From NCBI RefSeq assembly GCF_009914755.1, contig NC_060926.1: a stretch of DNA of 64,000 nt, one strand, 5' to 3'. Positions within the stretch are counted from its first letter, which is position 1. Every line of letters starts with the position of its first letter. The stretch comes from the human T2T-CHM13v2.0 reference genome, Homo sapiens. The translations under genes and the position numbers were made by a program. The notes under the pieces are model-generated. The model was not told the DNA's origin and did no database searches. It was given only the letters and a program-made list of their open reading frames with translations. Positions 40,491 to 53,139 of the stretch are shown piece after piece.

Positions 40491-40845
40491 CACGGTCATT
40501 AAAAGAAATGCTCCCCGTCAGATTTCCATCTGTCAAACATTTCGGCAAACAGACATGGGAGGGTTACTCTATTCAGGAAGAAGTTTGTTTAGCTCAGCCA
40601 AACTTACTTTATTTTTCAACAGATGAAGTAAACCAGACTCAGAACTCTACATCTTTTTTTTCACATATGGGGGATGGGACTCTCCTAACTGGAATAGTTG
40701 GTGTGTGGCGGGGAGGAGAGGAGGATGTGTAATTAAATGAAACCTTTGAATTTAAACCAGAAACACCCTGCTGATGAAAAAAAAAAAAGAAAAAAACACA
40801 AAAGTTGCTGTTTTAGACAAATCATTAACATTTCCTCCTCGAATT

Positions 40846-40937
40846 GTATGTGTGTATGAATGGGGTGTGTTTGTGGGTGTGTGTGTATGGGTGGAATGTG
40901 TTTGTGTGTGTGGCTGGCTGTGTGTGTGGGTGGGGTG

Positions 40938-40972
<35 letters not shown>
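40846..40972. repeat. GT-rich low-complexity tract ending in (GT)n
   Basis: Direct inspection. Confidence 0.85.
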
Positions 40973-40974
<2 letters not shown>

Positions 40975-42089
40975 TTGGCTTCCGTTTTTTGTGAAAAGCA
41001 AATGAGAAGCAGCGTGTACCCCATTAGGGTAGGGAAAAACTTTTAATTAAGAGTTGAGTGTTAAGAGGTTAATACGAGACAGCCAAGGAGCACTTCCATC
41101 CTGACTCAACCAGAAGCCTTCAGAAGCGCTGGAGAAGGAAGTTGGATTAAAGAGCGGGACCTGGGGAGGGGCACAAGTTGTGCCTGGAGCATCAAAACTG
41201 AAAATCAAGAGATTCTCCATGGCATTTTTTGTCAACCAAGTGACGTAAATGTTTACCAGGATTTTAAAGAACATGGTTTCTTTTTCAGTTTCCGTGTGTT
41301 TGGATTATTAATGAAACTAAGTTGGAATCCTACTTTCTAACTGGGTGACCTTGGACAAGTCCCCTTCTAGAATTTAGGGTGTGATGAATGAATAGTGGGA
41401 TTTTATGATGAAAATGCCAAGGAAATACCTTCCTATTTTATCTGTGACTCAGTTTAGAACAATGGTTCTTTTTTTTTAAATCCAATAATCCCCACATATT
41501 TTATCCGCCTCTGGTAGGTTACCATGCACTGTCTTCCTGGACAGAATTCACTTTCCTGCGACTCATCTCTATTCTCAGCACTGCAGCTGATCATAAGTTA
41601 GAAAAAAAGAATGGAAAAGACCTGCCTGTTTATTGTCCCTCCTATGGGGTGAGGTCCTGCCACTCTGGGTGCCACAGTTTGCTCTGAACTTCCTGTGGAC
41701 CCTTGAGGAAACCCAATGTCTATTTGAAAAGGACCACTCTAAATGATTTCTACTGTTTTTGTTTTTTTATCTAGAAAAATTGAGGCATCAACAAAAAAGT
41801 CATCCTAGCTCTACTCTAATTAAGCTGAACTGTATTTACTTGCCCAGCTGTAAAATAGTGTTCTGGTGTTTGTAGATAAACACTTTTAAGAAGTCCTATT
41901 AGCACTTCAACAGTCATTGCATAAGGAGTCAGAGGGGATCATAAACTCTATCCAACAGCACTTGTAATTGCAGCAACAAAGCTCCAACATCTTCCAGGAT
42001 AACTTTTTTAGCAGGTCCGGGAGAATTTCAGAAGCCCAGGGCAAGGGGGTTTGCCTCAGATCCCAATTCTTTCTTGAAAACAGCTATGG

Positions 42090-42300
42090 CAGGGGCCAGC
42101 AAACATTTTCTATGAAGGGCCAAATAGTATTTTACTTTTCAGGCCATTCAGTCTTTGTTGCAGCTACTCAATTCTGCTGTCGTGGTGCCACAGGCAATAT
42201 GTAAATGAATGAGTGCAGTTATGTTTCAATAAAACTTTATTTACAAAAACAGGCAGCAGGCTGGATTTGGCCTCTGGGTCAGAGCAGGGAATGATCTTTG
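42090..42300 (+). mobile_element. MER58A-like hAT-Charlie element
   Basis: CAGGGGCCAGCAAACATTTTCTATGAAGGGCCAAATAGT...CAATAAAACTTTATTTACAAAAACAGGCAGCAGGCTGGATTTGGCC. Confidence 0.82.
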
Positions 42301-42867
42301 ATTTATAGACTATGGAGTAGCAAGTTTAAATGTGGGGGTTCACTAAGATTCTCATCCAACCCCTTTTGTATTTTTAAATAATATTTTATTATTTTCTTTC
42401 TCCAGATAAAAAGAGATATGATTATTATAAACACTCACAGAAAAACAGAAAAGAAAAATTATTCACAATGCCATCAGACATACCACTTGTTAATATTTTG
42501 GAACAGAGTCTTCCATTTACATATATATATCTATACATGTATATATATATATATGCTTATTTTATAGAATTAGGAAAATTCTGTATGATGCTGTATACAA
42601 AAATTTACCTAATATCCTTATTTTCATGCTACTTCCTACATAAGTTTAGACAAATTTTACTAATTTTTACTTTACGGATTGTTTGCTTTTTGGGAGCAAT
42701 GAGGAACTCCACCTGTATCATTTCTTCTCTCACATTTACAATTATGGGACTTTAGTCCTTGAGATTTGGGGCAACTAACATAGAAATGGAAGCAGATAGG
42801 ATATTGCCTAATGAACTCCAATAACGTGTTCCTCCAGGGTCAGGTGTAGAACAACCCCAGAGAGAAG

Positions 42868-42870
<3 letters not shown>

Positions 42871-42920
<50 letters not shown>
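42871..42920. repeat. (TG)25 microsatellite
   Basis: Perfect dinucleotide run. Confidence 0.97.
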
Positions 42921-42925
<5 letters not shown>

Positions 42926-43656
42926 GGGGAACCATTTATTAATATAGTTTCCTGTAGCCCTTGTTAAAATCTGTATTGTTTTAAGCCCTTTAGAAACTCT
43001 GATATAGGTGGTCTGCAGCTCAAGTTCTGAAAAACACTGAGTGTATATCAGAAAAGAGCTTCAATCATTCATTCACTTCAGGTGAGGACTCATTCTTCAA
43101 TTCAGATGATACCCAAGCATCCGCCTCCCATTTTTCCCATTGCCAATCTTGGCCATTTTTCTAATCATTGATATCCCTAACAGATAATAGTAGAAGTTCT
43201 CATTTAAAAGGGTTTACAGGAGGTAATACATAAATCCTAACGCCTAAAACAACAGCTGTTAGGATTTCATGTGGCTTTCACATTTAACCTACTGTCCTGT
43301 GTGTTCCTAAAATAAAGCCAGATATTTCAATCGTGTTGCTGAAAAGAGGTGCACTTATTGGGAAAATCAATAGGGAACCAGAAAATGACTTTTGACACAA
43401 ATGATCTAAGCTAGACACCAAGACAAAGAATGGAAATAAATAGAATAAGGCCCTGTTACCTCGTAGGGTGAAAGTTATCAGTTGGACAGAGCTTTACTTT
43501 CAGGCTTCTGTGAGATGATGTTTGCTCAGCGAATTTGTCACACAAGGCAGCTGGAGTAACAATGTTTTTAATTAATGGAAAATTATTTTTTAAGTACTTG
43601 GAAACCAGAAATTTGCAGCGGTGTCAATGAGAATATAAACCATCAAGAAGTCCTCA

Positions 43657-43960
<304 letters not shown>

Positions 43961-44606
43961 AAGAAGTCCTCAGTATGGCAAGAAGCTCCTCCCCTCAGCA
44001 GCCTGTGACCACAGACTTACTCCTTATCTACCTCTAGGTTGCTGGGAAAATAAAATAATTGATATAAATCCTAGTGGCTAGCCCACAATGAATGCAGAAT
44101 AAATGTTGCTATTGTTTATAATAGAATCAGTGAGGTAATTACAGATTCTCCTTGACCATTAATTCTCAAAGGCCTTTCATTGACATTTTACTTGCTATTT
44201 TGTTTCTGTATATGTGTAAAGGTAATAAGACAGTTATGCTATAAATTGCACCATTAATACATTCCAACTAAACTTCCCTCAAATTAATACTAATTATTGA
44301 TGTTTACATATAATTTCAAAGGGATTAGAGTGATGTTTGCTTTGCAATACCATTGGGAGGGAAAAATCAGTGTTTAAGTATAAATGGAGGAAGATAATAT
44401 AAAGTGAAGATCAAATAATGACTTTAAGCATTTACTAAATCATGTTGTGTGCTGCTTCTTAACAATAAAAATATCGCTTACACTGGCAAACAGAAGGAAG
44501 ATCCCTCTAGCCTGGTGCACCAAGTAAGGGTGGAAAAGTCAGTCTTTATACTCTCAGCGGAGCATCATGCTCATAAAAATTTTTGTAATAATATTAAATT
44601 TTTTAA

Positions 44607-44901
<295 letters not shown>

Positions 44902-45117
44902 TTAAATACTAAAGTGTCCAATAATGTGAGTTTGCCCTGAAACATAGGACACATCAATCATCTTCTATTTTAAATGGTTTAAGCAAGATAGCTCACAGAA
45001 GTTGGGGGTGCTTGACTGCTTCAATATTGGCAACATGATTTATTATTTTCAAAAATTATAGGTGTTATTATCCTTTCTAGTGGAGAAATGACCCACAAAT
45101 CTCCAGTTGTACAGAAA

Positions 45118-45910
45118 TCAGTATTTCCCAAACTTTCCAAGCAGAAGAGTCACCTGCTTAAAGATACACATTCCTAGACCACTCCAGGGAATCAGGATTT
45201 CTAATAGCAGCTCTAGTAATCGGACAAGTTTGGGTAACTCTTTCCAGCACTGGTTCTTAGCACTCACCACTTGCTAGAATCTGCTGGGAAGCATGAAAAA
45301 CAGCAGCAACAACAATGATAACAGATGTCCAGGCCCCATCTCCAACCAATTTAATCAGTATGCATCTCCTAAGTTGGCCTGGCCATGGATGTGTTTTCTA
45401 AAGCCACTCAGATCATGCTAATATGCAGCCAGGCCTGAGAAACACCAACTGCTTTGCCTCGGTACTCAGTGTCATTGGAACTAGCAGGACTGGCCTCTTC
45501 TGGGAGCTGGTTAGAAGTGCAGGATCTCAGGCCTGGCCCCAGGCCCTGAGATGACGATCTGCTTTTTTTTTTTTTCTGAGATGGAGTCTCACTCTTTCAC
45601 CCAGGCTGGAGTGCAGTGGCGCTATCTGGGCTCACTGTAACCTCTGCCTCCCAGGTTCAAGCAATTCTCTGCCTCAGCCTCCCGAGTAGCTGGGATTACA
45701 GGTGCCTGCCACCACGCCCGGCTAATTTTTTTGTATTTTTAGTAGAGAGAGGTTTTCACCATCTTGGCTAGGCTGGTCTTGAACTCCTGACCTCATGATC
45801 CACCCGCCTCAGCCTCCCAAAGTTCTGGGATTACAGGCGTGAGCCACCTGTACCCGGCCGAACAAATTCTTTAAGAGATCTGTGTGCACACTAAAGATTC
45901 AAGTATGCAT
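45118..45910. mobile_element. Cluster of about three MER5-family (hAT-Charlie) fragments, the last split by an Alu
   Basis: CAGTATTTCCCAAACTT...GAGTCACCTG; TAGAATCTGCTGGGAAGC...TAATATGCAGCCAGGCCTGAGAAAC; GGGAGCTGGTTAGAAGTGCAGGATCTCAGGCC...[Alu]...TGTGTGCACACTAAAGATT. Confidence 0.65.
45563..45860 (-). mobile_element. AluS (Sg-like)
   Basis: Reverse Alu with GAACTCCTGACCTCATGATCCACCCGCC. Confidence 0.92.
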
Positions 45911-46156
45911 ATCAAGGGAACAAAAACCTTTCCACCAAGAGGATGGATTTTTGCTCCCCTCTCCCCTCTACCTTTGCCAGCACTACCATCAAAAGCAGCT
46001 TAAAACCTTGACTGAGGTCTTTTTCTTTATACACTTAGCCATTGAAAGCCAACTGAAGAGTGATAGGGTGAGGCCCACCTATCTGTTCCAAAATCATTTA
46101 GGAAAGCATGTTAAACAGCATACACTGCTCTTACCCAATCAAATTTCTCCGCAAAA

Positions 46157-46250
46157 TTTAATTGGCAGTTTGTTTCATGTCCAGCAATCAAAGACATTAA
46201 GGACCACTAATATTTACATCCATGAATTCATTTAGACAGTTTTCTTTAAT
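46157..46250 (-). terminator. IRS1: Distal poly(A) signals (two ATTAAA) of IRS1
   Basis: Plus-strand TTTAAT at 46245-46250 and 46157-46162, both reading CAATTAAA on the minus strand; repeat-rich DNA begins shortly downstream. Confidence 0.65.
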
Positions 46251-47294
46251 TGATGATGAAGACACTACAATTCTAAGTACCAGACAGAATCAGGAAAAAA
46301 AAAATTGAAAATAAGCATAACACTATAAAGAAAACTTGGAAAAGTGAAACACTTCTAAATAAAAAATATATACCTGGCCTGGCACCCATTACATATATAC
46401 ATAATACATGTTATAAACATATATACAGTAAATGTTTTGGTAGCAATACAGACCATGCATTGGTCTTTGTGTACACAGATGAAGTAGCACCGGGGCAGCA
46501 CCACCATCTTAAGATGATAAACCAAACTGCACATACATTAAATGAAAATACATATATGTTTAATTTGGCCCACCCTGTAGCCAAGAGGTGTAAGGAAAGT
46601 ACTTTGCAAGAAAAAATTGTTTTGGGAACTACATTCTTAAGCCAATGGTGAAGTTCTAAAAAGAAAAAGAAAAAAAAAACCCTACAAATGTCTATGCAAA
46701 TATGGACAAGTTTTCCTGTTTACTGAATTTGTCCTATCCTATGGCATACTCGTTAACAGCATAAGCAAAGAGAGATTTAAATGCCAAGTGAATGGCAGAA
46801 GTCTAAAACACCAGATCTTTTGGTGTATACGTCACAAATGGCAAGTCATACACAAACTAGAAAAGAAAGCTAACTCTCCACCTAAGTCATGTGTTTTCTA
46901 GTCATGTTAGCTAATTATAAGCTCTTTATTCATAATTAATTCCTCGAGTAGGGTTAAGCACCTCCAATATCATTCCACCTCCTCCCTGCCCCTAATGTGA
47001 TGCTCTGTTTACAAGTAGTGGGAGACACACAACAGGCTACATATTCTCTACCCATACTTAGGAGACAGACTTACAGAACTACGGAAGGACCACAAAGATC
47101 TTCTGTGGCGCTGCCTCAGAAAGGACCCATGGCCCCAGTGTTTATCCTCGGTGTTCTACTCACTATGAAGCTGTTTTTGTTCTCCATAACTGAGCTCACA
47201 GTCTAGAGGTCTTTTAGTCTTGGCAAGGTCATATTTCCTCACATTCCTAGAAGAGCATGCTTCTTCCTCTCAAGTTTCTCACAAGCCTATACAT

Positions 47295-47295
47295 C

Positions 47296-47331
<36 letters not shown>

Positions 47332-47532
47332 TATGTGTATCTATATATGTGTGTATATATATCTATATATGTGTATATATATCTATATATGTGTGTATAT
47401 ATCTATATATTTGTATATATTCATCTATATATACACACACACATCCCACACACACGTCACATATATATACACACACACAAAGACACACACATGTCACATA
47501 TATATACACACACACATATATATACACACACA

Positions 47533-47570
<38 letters not shown>
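47295..47570. repeat. Compound (TA)n/(CA)n repeat inside the IRS1 3' UTR
   Basis: Mixed TA, CA and TATATATCTATATATGTG units. Confidence 0.92.
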
Positions 47571-50072
47571 GCATTACCTCCAACTAACATTCATCATTCA
47601 TGGCATCCTAGGAACATTAACTCCCCTGTCAAGTCATTGCAAAGAAGAAATTTCATATTGGCTTCCACCCATTCTTCTTCCCATTCCTACCAAAAGGGTC
47701 ACATCTCTCCCCGCCAAGGTCTTAATTCACAGTGTCTGGATTCAGGGCCTCCTTGTGTGATGGACTAACCTACAGAGTGCTCTGCAAAAGCAGCATGAGA
47801 CCAAATATGGGGTCATTGTCACCAGCAGTTGGAAGACTGCACATGGATACTATTTGTCATGGCTCTCGTTGTCAGTGGATGGTGAAACCCTTTCCCCCCT
47901 TTTTTTAACCACCTGCAGTAAATAAATATAAAGTTTCCGACTTTGTGGTATATTGTATTCAAGATGCAAGATTGAATAAAACAGGGCTTCAGTATTGTAA
48001 AATACTGTTTCTTACCATACAGAAAAATTGTTTCTTAATACTTCAAATGTCTCAAATTTAAATGATAGCTAGAAGACAAAAGCCAGGGAAAGAAAGGTTA
48101 AAAATCTCTACTTCTGGCTAGATGACTTTTAGTAGATCCATTTTTGCAGTCACTGGATTAGTCAAGAGTCCTTGACCTTTGAAAGTCAGCAAGAAATAGC
48201 CACAAATGTAACATCAGTACTGATTTCTCATTATTGACTCAGGTGGTTGATCATTAATGGATTCTCTTCACTTCTAGCTGGTTCTAGGGCCATTCTTTTG
48301 CCCAGAATGAAGATATCATCAAAGTCATAAAACATATTTGTTCTTTTCGCAAAAGAGGATTTTAAAACTCTGCTTAAGTCTCTAAGGAAAAACGCTGTGA
48401 GAGGTTGGTGTCATCAAGAAAAACCCACTAACTTCTAGGTTAACCAGAGGCCACTAGAAGCCTCAATAATGAAAGCCCTTGGCTGGCCTACAAATGCTTT
48501 GAAATGGATAAAAGCCAACTCTCCTCAATGGGAACTGAACACAAGGACTCAGCAGCTGACGTTGCTCAAAGGAAACCCTTCGTGTCGCCAGAGTATGAAC
48601 TTTTGGTTTGAGTACCAGCAACTTCCAGTTTTAAATCGGTAGTTTGATGCCACCATCAAAACCAGCTCAGGCACCACTAGAAGCAGCTTAAATAAGAATT
48701 TCTACCTTTATGCTTTTCGACTCAAAAAGTCAGAGAAATAGAAACCAAGAGATAGATTTTTCCAGTCTGTTCATTTCTGCTCTCATTCAAAACATGTTGA
48801 TAATTCCACATGTAGAGGTATCTCGGTAACACATATTCAAAGTGTAGGTTCCTTGAGAAATAATAACCAGCTTTACAGGAAAATGGTTGGGAGTGACTTT
48901 GTTCATTGATTTCTCTTTAACTATTTCAGTCCTCAAAGGAAAAGAGCAGGGCAGCTTGCTCTCTTCTTCCACTAGCAAGAGTATGAATCAGAATGCTTGA
49001 AAATATGAAAAGTTAGTTTGACTAAGAAAGTCTTTTTTTACAAGAGTAAAAAACAACTTTCATATCAGATTTTCAAAATGGGTAGTGCTCTCTACTAATA
49101 GGAAATGATGTAATTCTGCAAGTTCCTTGAAAACAATGGATTCTTATGACTCTAGACCCTATTTATCTTAGAAATTGATGAGCATGCAAATGATTAAAAT
49201 CTGCAATAACGGACACTGCACAACAGTCTGTGAGGTACATGCCACCTGGCTGAATGAACAGTAACACGGGCCTCAGCAGTGTGAGGGGTTCCATTTATCT
49301 CCGCTCCCTTTTGAGTAGAGCTGGGGTCCCCAAACAGTTCATCAGGAGGCAGCAGCCACTACAATGCCCTCCAACCCTGGCCCCTACCTTGTAGTCCCCA
49401 CTCCCACCCAGGGAGCTTAGGCGTTCAGAGAAATAAAATGTTGCTCCTCCCAATAGTAGGGATGCGAATTCCTGATAGAGAGATAGAGGCTCCCACAGAC
49501 TCAGAGGGAGCCTGATATTTGCATTAATTCATTTAACCTTTAGGAAGTTTCCTGGTAAAAAGATTTAAAAATCTGTCGGCAATATCTTTAAATGCATTCA
49601 TTGCCATTTGTTTTTCACGTGGAAAAAATTCCAAGACGTGTATACTTTCCAAACAAGAAAAGAATTAACATTTTCACTGCTGGCTAGGTGTTTCAGTAGC
49701 AGGTCATTAAGCTTTTCTGTGCTCTCTGTACGCTGTGTTTTGTTAACTAATCACTAATAGGCCAGCACCCACCAAGGCAAATGGGCCAATTACATTCAGT
49801 TAAATAATGTAACACTGGAAGTTCTCAAAAAATATGAGATAAGGTAAGAGTCTTAGGGAAGGTGACACATAGCCCTGGTCATAATGAAAAACACTTACTG
49901 GAATTTTAATTTCTGGTTAGCAACAGCTCACTTGCCTTACCATCTTTCTCAAGACAATGCAGGAAATGAAATATATCATAATGTGTGCACAGAAAAAAAT
50001 GGTGGGAATAGAGCAGGAAACTTACAGAAGTGGTGGGGGGAGGGGACAGAAGAAAAGATCAACAGTATCTAG

Positions 50073-50078
50073 TTTATT
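50073..50078 (-). terminator. IRS1: Candidate proximal poly(A) signal AATAAA (~1-kb UTR isoform)
   Basis: Minus strand AATAAACTAGATACTGTTGATCTTTTCTTCTGT: canonical hexamer followed by a U-rich element. Confidence 0.6.
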
Positions 50079-50965
50079 ATGAATAGAAAGACATTTCCAG
50101 AATTTACAAACGCCCACATTGTTCATTCCAAAGAGAGCTTTTGAATTGAAGGAATCACCCATCTCCTTCTGTTTACAATACATGCAATGGAAGACTTTAA
50201 TTTCCTCTTCTTATAATTTTGCTTCCATTCAATTACCAATTTTAAGCTGACATTTGAAAACACCCAGCCAAATATATCCTTCTTCAGTTTAATTAACATG
50301 GCCTATTGTCTTACAGGAAAAAATACAAAATTAAGATTAATTCTTATAAGGAACTCAGCTCAACATCAGGTTTATATGACAAGAGATAGTATCAGCAAAT
50401 ATAACTATACAATTGAGAACCATCTATGGCACTATGATTCTTATATTATGTTTTCTGAATTACAATCTTAAAACAAGGATCATACCCTATTCTACTCTTT
50501 TAAGCCTTGTTTTAAGCATTTGCTCCACTCTTTACAACAGAACATTGTATACCTCCATCCCACATCCAAAAAAAAGATGTGCTGTAAGAAAAGTTACATT
50601 TTCATTTAAAAAATTACACATATAAATCAAAACCTATGTTAAATATTTAATACTCTCTCCACCCAACGTGAACAGTTTTGTATGAAATAATTTACAATGA
50701 TGCTTTGTCGTACACAGTTTCAGCAGCAGATGAAATGTATCTTGAAAATGCATTGAGAGTAAACCCATTCTCTCATGACACGGTGGTGGGCACATCAGCT
50801 CACTGTGGCCAGCTAAGTCCTTAAGGTTGAAGATGAAGTTTATGCAGACTCATTATTCTGGTGTCACAGTGCATTTTTTTTTTTCGCTTGGCACAATATA
50901 GAACGTGCAGTTCAGTCAATGAAATCCTGAGGATTGGATAAAGTAAACAAACTGAAATGGATGCA

Positions 50966-50972
50966 TCGTACC
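50966..50972 (-). promoter_or_regulatory. miR-126-3p seed site (GGTACGA, 7mer-A1)
   Basis: Plus-strand TCGTACC equals miR-126-3p nt 1-7; IRS1 is a reported miR-126 target. Confidence 0.75.
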
Positions 50973-51763
50973 ATCTACTGATGAGGAAGATATGAGGTCC
51001 TAGTTGTGAATCATGAAATATTTAGAGTCTGGGTACCCATGAGTTAGAAGAGGATTTGCTGAGGTCATTTAGGTCTTCATTCTGAAAAGAAAAAGGAAAG
51101 AATTCAGCACCACAGGTATCTCAAACTGCACAATCACTACTTTAGAACCTTTCTTTTACAAGGGGCAGCGTCACATAAACTGAAGTTACAGGCACAAATA
51201 GTACTGTCCACCTAAATATGATCAACAAACTGTATTTAGCTTTTTATTTATTTCAAAATGCAAGAGTCTAAAGAAATCACTAACCAAAAGTCATCAATGT
51301 GGAATCTGTAAACAAATCAACATGATCTGGATGTTTCAGAGGTTTAGCAAAGGAAAAATAGAAAATTCTTTGGTGTTGTGATTGAAGCAAAAACATACAT
51401 CATTAGTTGCTATGTAAAATGACCATCCGACATGAGCGGGTTGTAGTCAGTCTGTGTTGTATCTCCTTCTGGTTGAAAGTCAGCTGCAGATTTTAGAATT
51501 TGAAGTTGCAGAGCTTCACATGACAAAATCGGAAATCAATTTTTCATGTGCACAAACATTGTTTGACATGAGAATTTTAGATGCAAAGGGAGACCCAAGC
51601 AAAACGGACCTACTGAATCATTAAATAAGAAAACAAAAAGATTCAGATTTACGTCTAATAGAAATAAGTTATTTAGGCAGAAGCACAGCATTTCTTCTTT
51701 GCAAGTCAAGAAGGTAAATTTTAAAGGGTCACTATCCGTGATTCCCCTTCAGAGTGAAGACTC

Positions 51764-52195
51764 TTTTTTTTTTACTTTTTTTATTATTATACTTTAAGTT
51801 TTAGGGTACACATGCACATTGTGCAGGTTAGTTACATACGTATACATGTGCCATGCTGGTGTGCTGCACCCACTAACTCGTCATCTAGCATTAGGTATAT
51901 CTCCCAGTGTTATCCCTCCCCCCTCCCCCCACCCCACAACAGTCCCCAGAGTGTGATGTTCCCCTTCCTGCATCCATGTGATCTCATTGTTCAATTCCCA
52001 CCTATGAGTGAGAATATGCGCTGTTTGGTTTTTTGTTCTTGTGATAGTTTACTGAGAATGATGATTTCCAATTTCATCCATGTCCCTACAAAGGACATGA
52101 ACTCATCATTTTTTATGGCTGCATAGTATTCCATGGTGTATATGTGCCACATTTTCTTAATCCAGTCTATCATTGTTGGACATTTGGGTTGGTTC
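51764..52195 (-). mobile_element. Young L1 3' end (L1PA2/PA3-like), 5'-truncated
   Basis: TATACTTTAAGTTTTAGGGTACA; reverse reads TGCTAGATGACGAGTTAGTGGG (GAG, not the L1HS ACA/ACG); ORF 51991-52227 gives the ORF2 C-terminus (DWIKKMWHIYTMEYYAAIK). Confidence 0.93.
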
Positions 52196-52259
52196 CTTTT
52201 CAACCTCATAAAGCATCTTTTACTCAAGTATTACACTACCTAGTCTTTTACAGGTCCTT

Positions 52260-52960
52260 GTTTTTCATGCATTCAAAACTTATCTATAAATATCAGTATC
52301 TACAGAGTGCATCAAAGGGTATTTAGCAGAGAGTAGATCAGAAATACTTGTTGAATGAGTACGTGGTTGCACTAAATACTAGGAAGTGTAGAAAGCTGGA
52401 TTCTGTTGGAAGCCCTGCCTTCTAGTAATTCTAGAAAGGAAGGCAAGTTCTGTTCATAAATACATGGCATGTGAAGTAGACATCAGTACATGCCAAGATA
52501 CATGCATGGGGGCAATAGCTCTAGACACATGGAGGATGGAAAGAATCCTCCCAGCTAGGGGTGTAAGGGGAGCATCTCACTGACACACCTGGCTTGGTTT
52601 TGGAAGAAAAAGAATAATGTGGGGATGTGGAAACTGGGATTGTGTCTATGTTGCTTTGGTGTTGCAGTCCCAGAAGATAACACAAGGCTTGCCACGTGGT
52701 AGTACTTAATAAATAGGAGTTAAATAAATGAAAAGGAAAAGGACACTTCCCATTGAGAACATATGACAAGGTCCTACAGGGTGAGATGGTAGCCGTGAGC
52801 AGGCTCAAGTAGAGGATGTGGCTTCACTGGACCCCAAGATATCTAAGGAGGGATAGAAGGAATTAAGTCTACAAATGTAGCTTGAGGTAGATGGTGAAGA
52901 ACCTTGAATGACAAGCTAAGAGGACTTTATCTAATTATAGAGACAACAAGGACATGCTAC
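52260..52960. mobile_element. L2 fragments in both orientations
   Basis: AAATACTTGTTGAATGAG; GTAGTACTTAATAAATAG; GAACCTTGAATGACAAGCTAAGAGGACTTTATC. Confidence 0.5.
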
Positions 52961-53056
52961 ATTGACATAAGGTCAAGATGTAGCAGTAATAATGCATATC
53001 ACCTACAAGGATAGTGACAGCTTCCAAAATACACGCAACATAAGTGTGGACCGATA

Positions 53057-53139
53057 TATTAGGGTGGAGCAAAAGCAATTGCGGTTTTTGCCATAAAATA
53101 AATTGCAAAAACCACAATTACTTTTGGACCAACCTCATA
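53057..53139. mobile_element. MADE1 mariner MITE (~80-bp palindromic element)
   Basis: TATTAGGGTGGAGCAAAAGCAATTGCGGTTTTTGCCA...TGCAAAAACCACAATTACTTTTGGACCAACCTCATA: long inverted arms with TA flanks. Confidence 0.9.

Larger units (their letters stand above)
46135..51081 (-). other. IRS1: IRS1 terminal exon (non-coding, ~4.9-kb 3' UTR)
   Basis: Minus-strand polypyrimidine tract and AG at 51082-51101; the exon starts AATGAAGACCTAAATGACCTCAGCAAATCCTCTTCTAACTCATGGGTACCCAGAC, which I recall as IRS1 mRNA just after the stop codon. The ~5-kb stretch has no recognisable interspersed repeats and ends at ATTAAA signals. The 3' end is approximate. Confidence 0.88.

Noticed and set aside
47220-47768. 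167-182 aa ORFs overlapping the IRS1 UTR
   Set aside because: Produced by the TA/CA microsatellite.
51020-51081. Coding continuation in the terminal exon (MKT* or NEDLNDLSKSSSNSWVPRL*)
   Set aside because: By recall the IRS1 stop codon is in the upstream exon, so these short frames are UTR.
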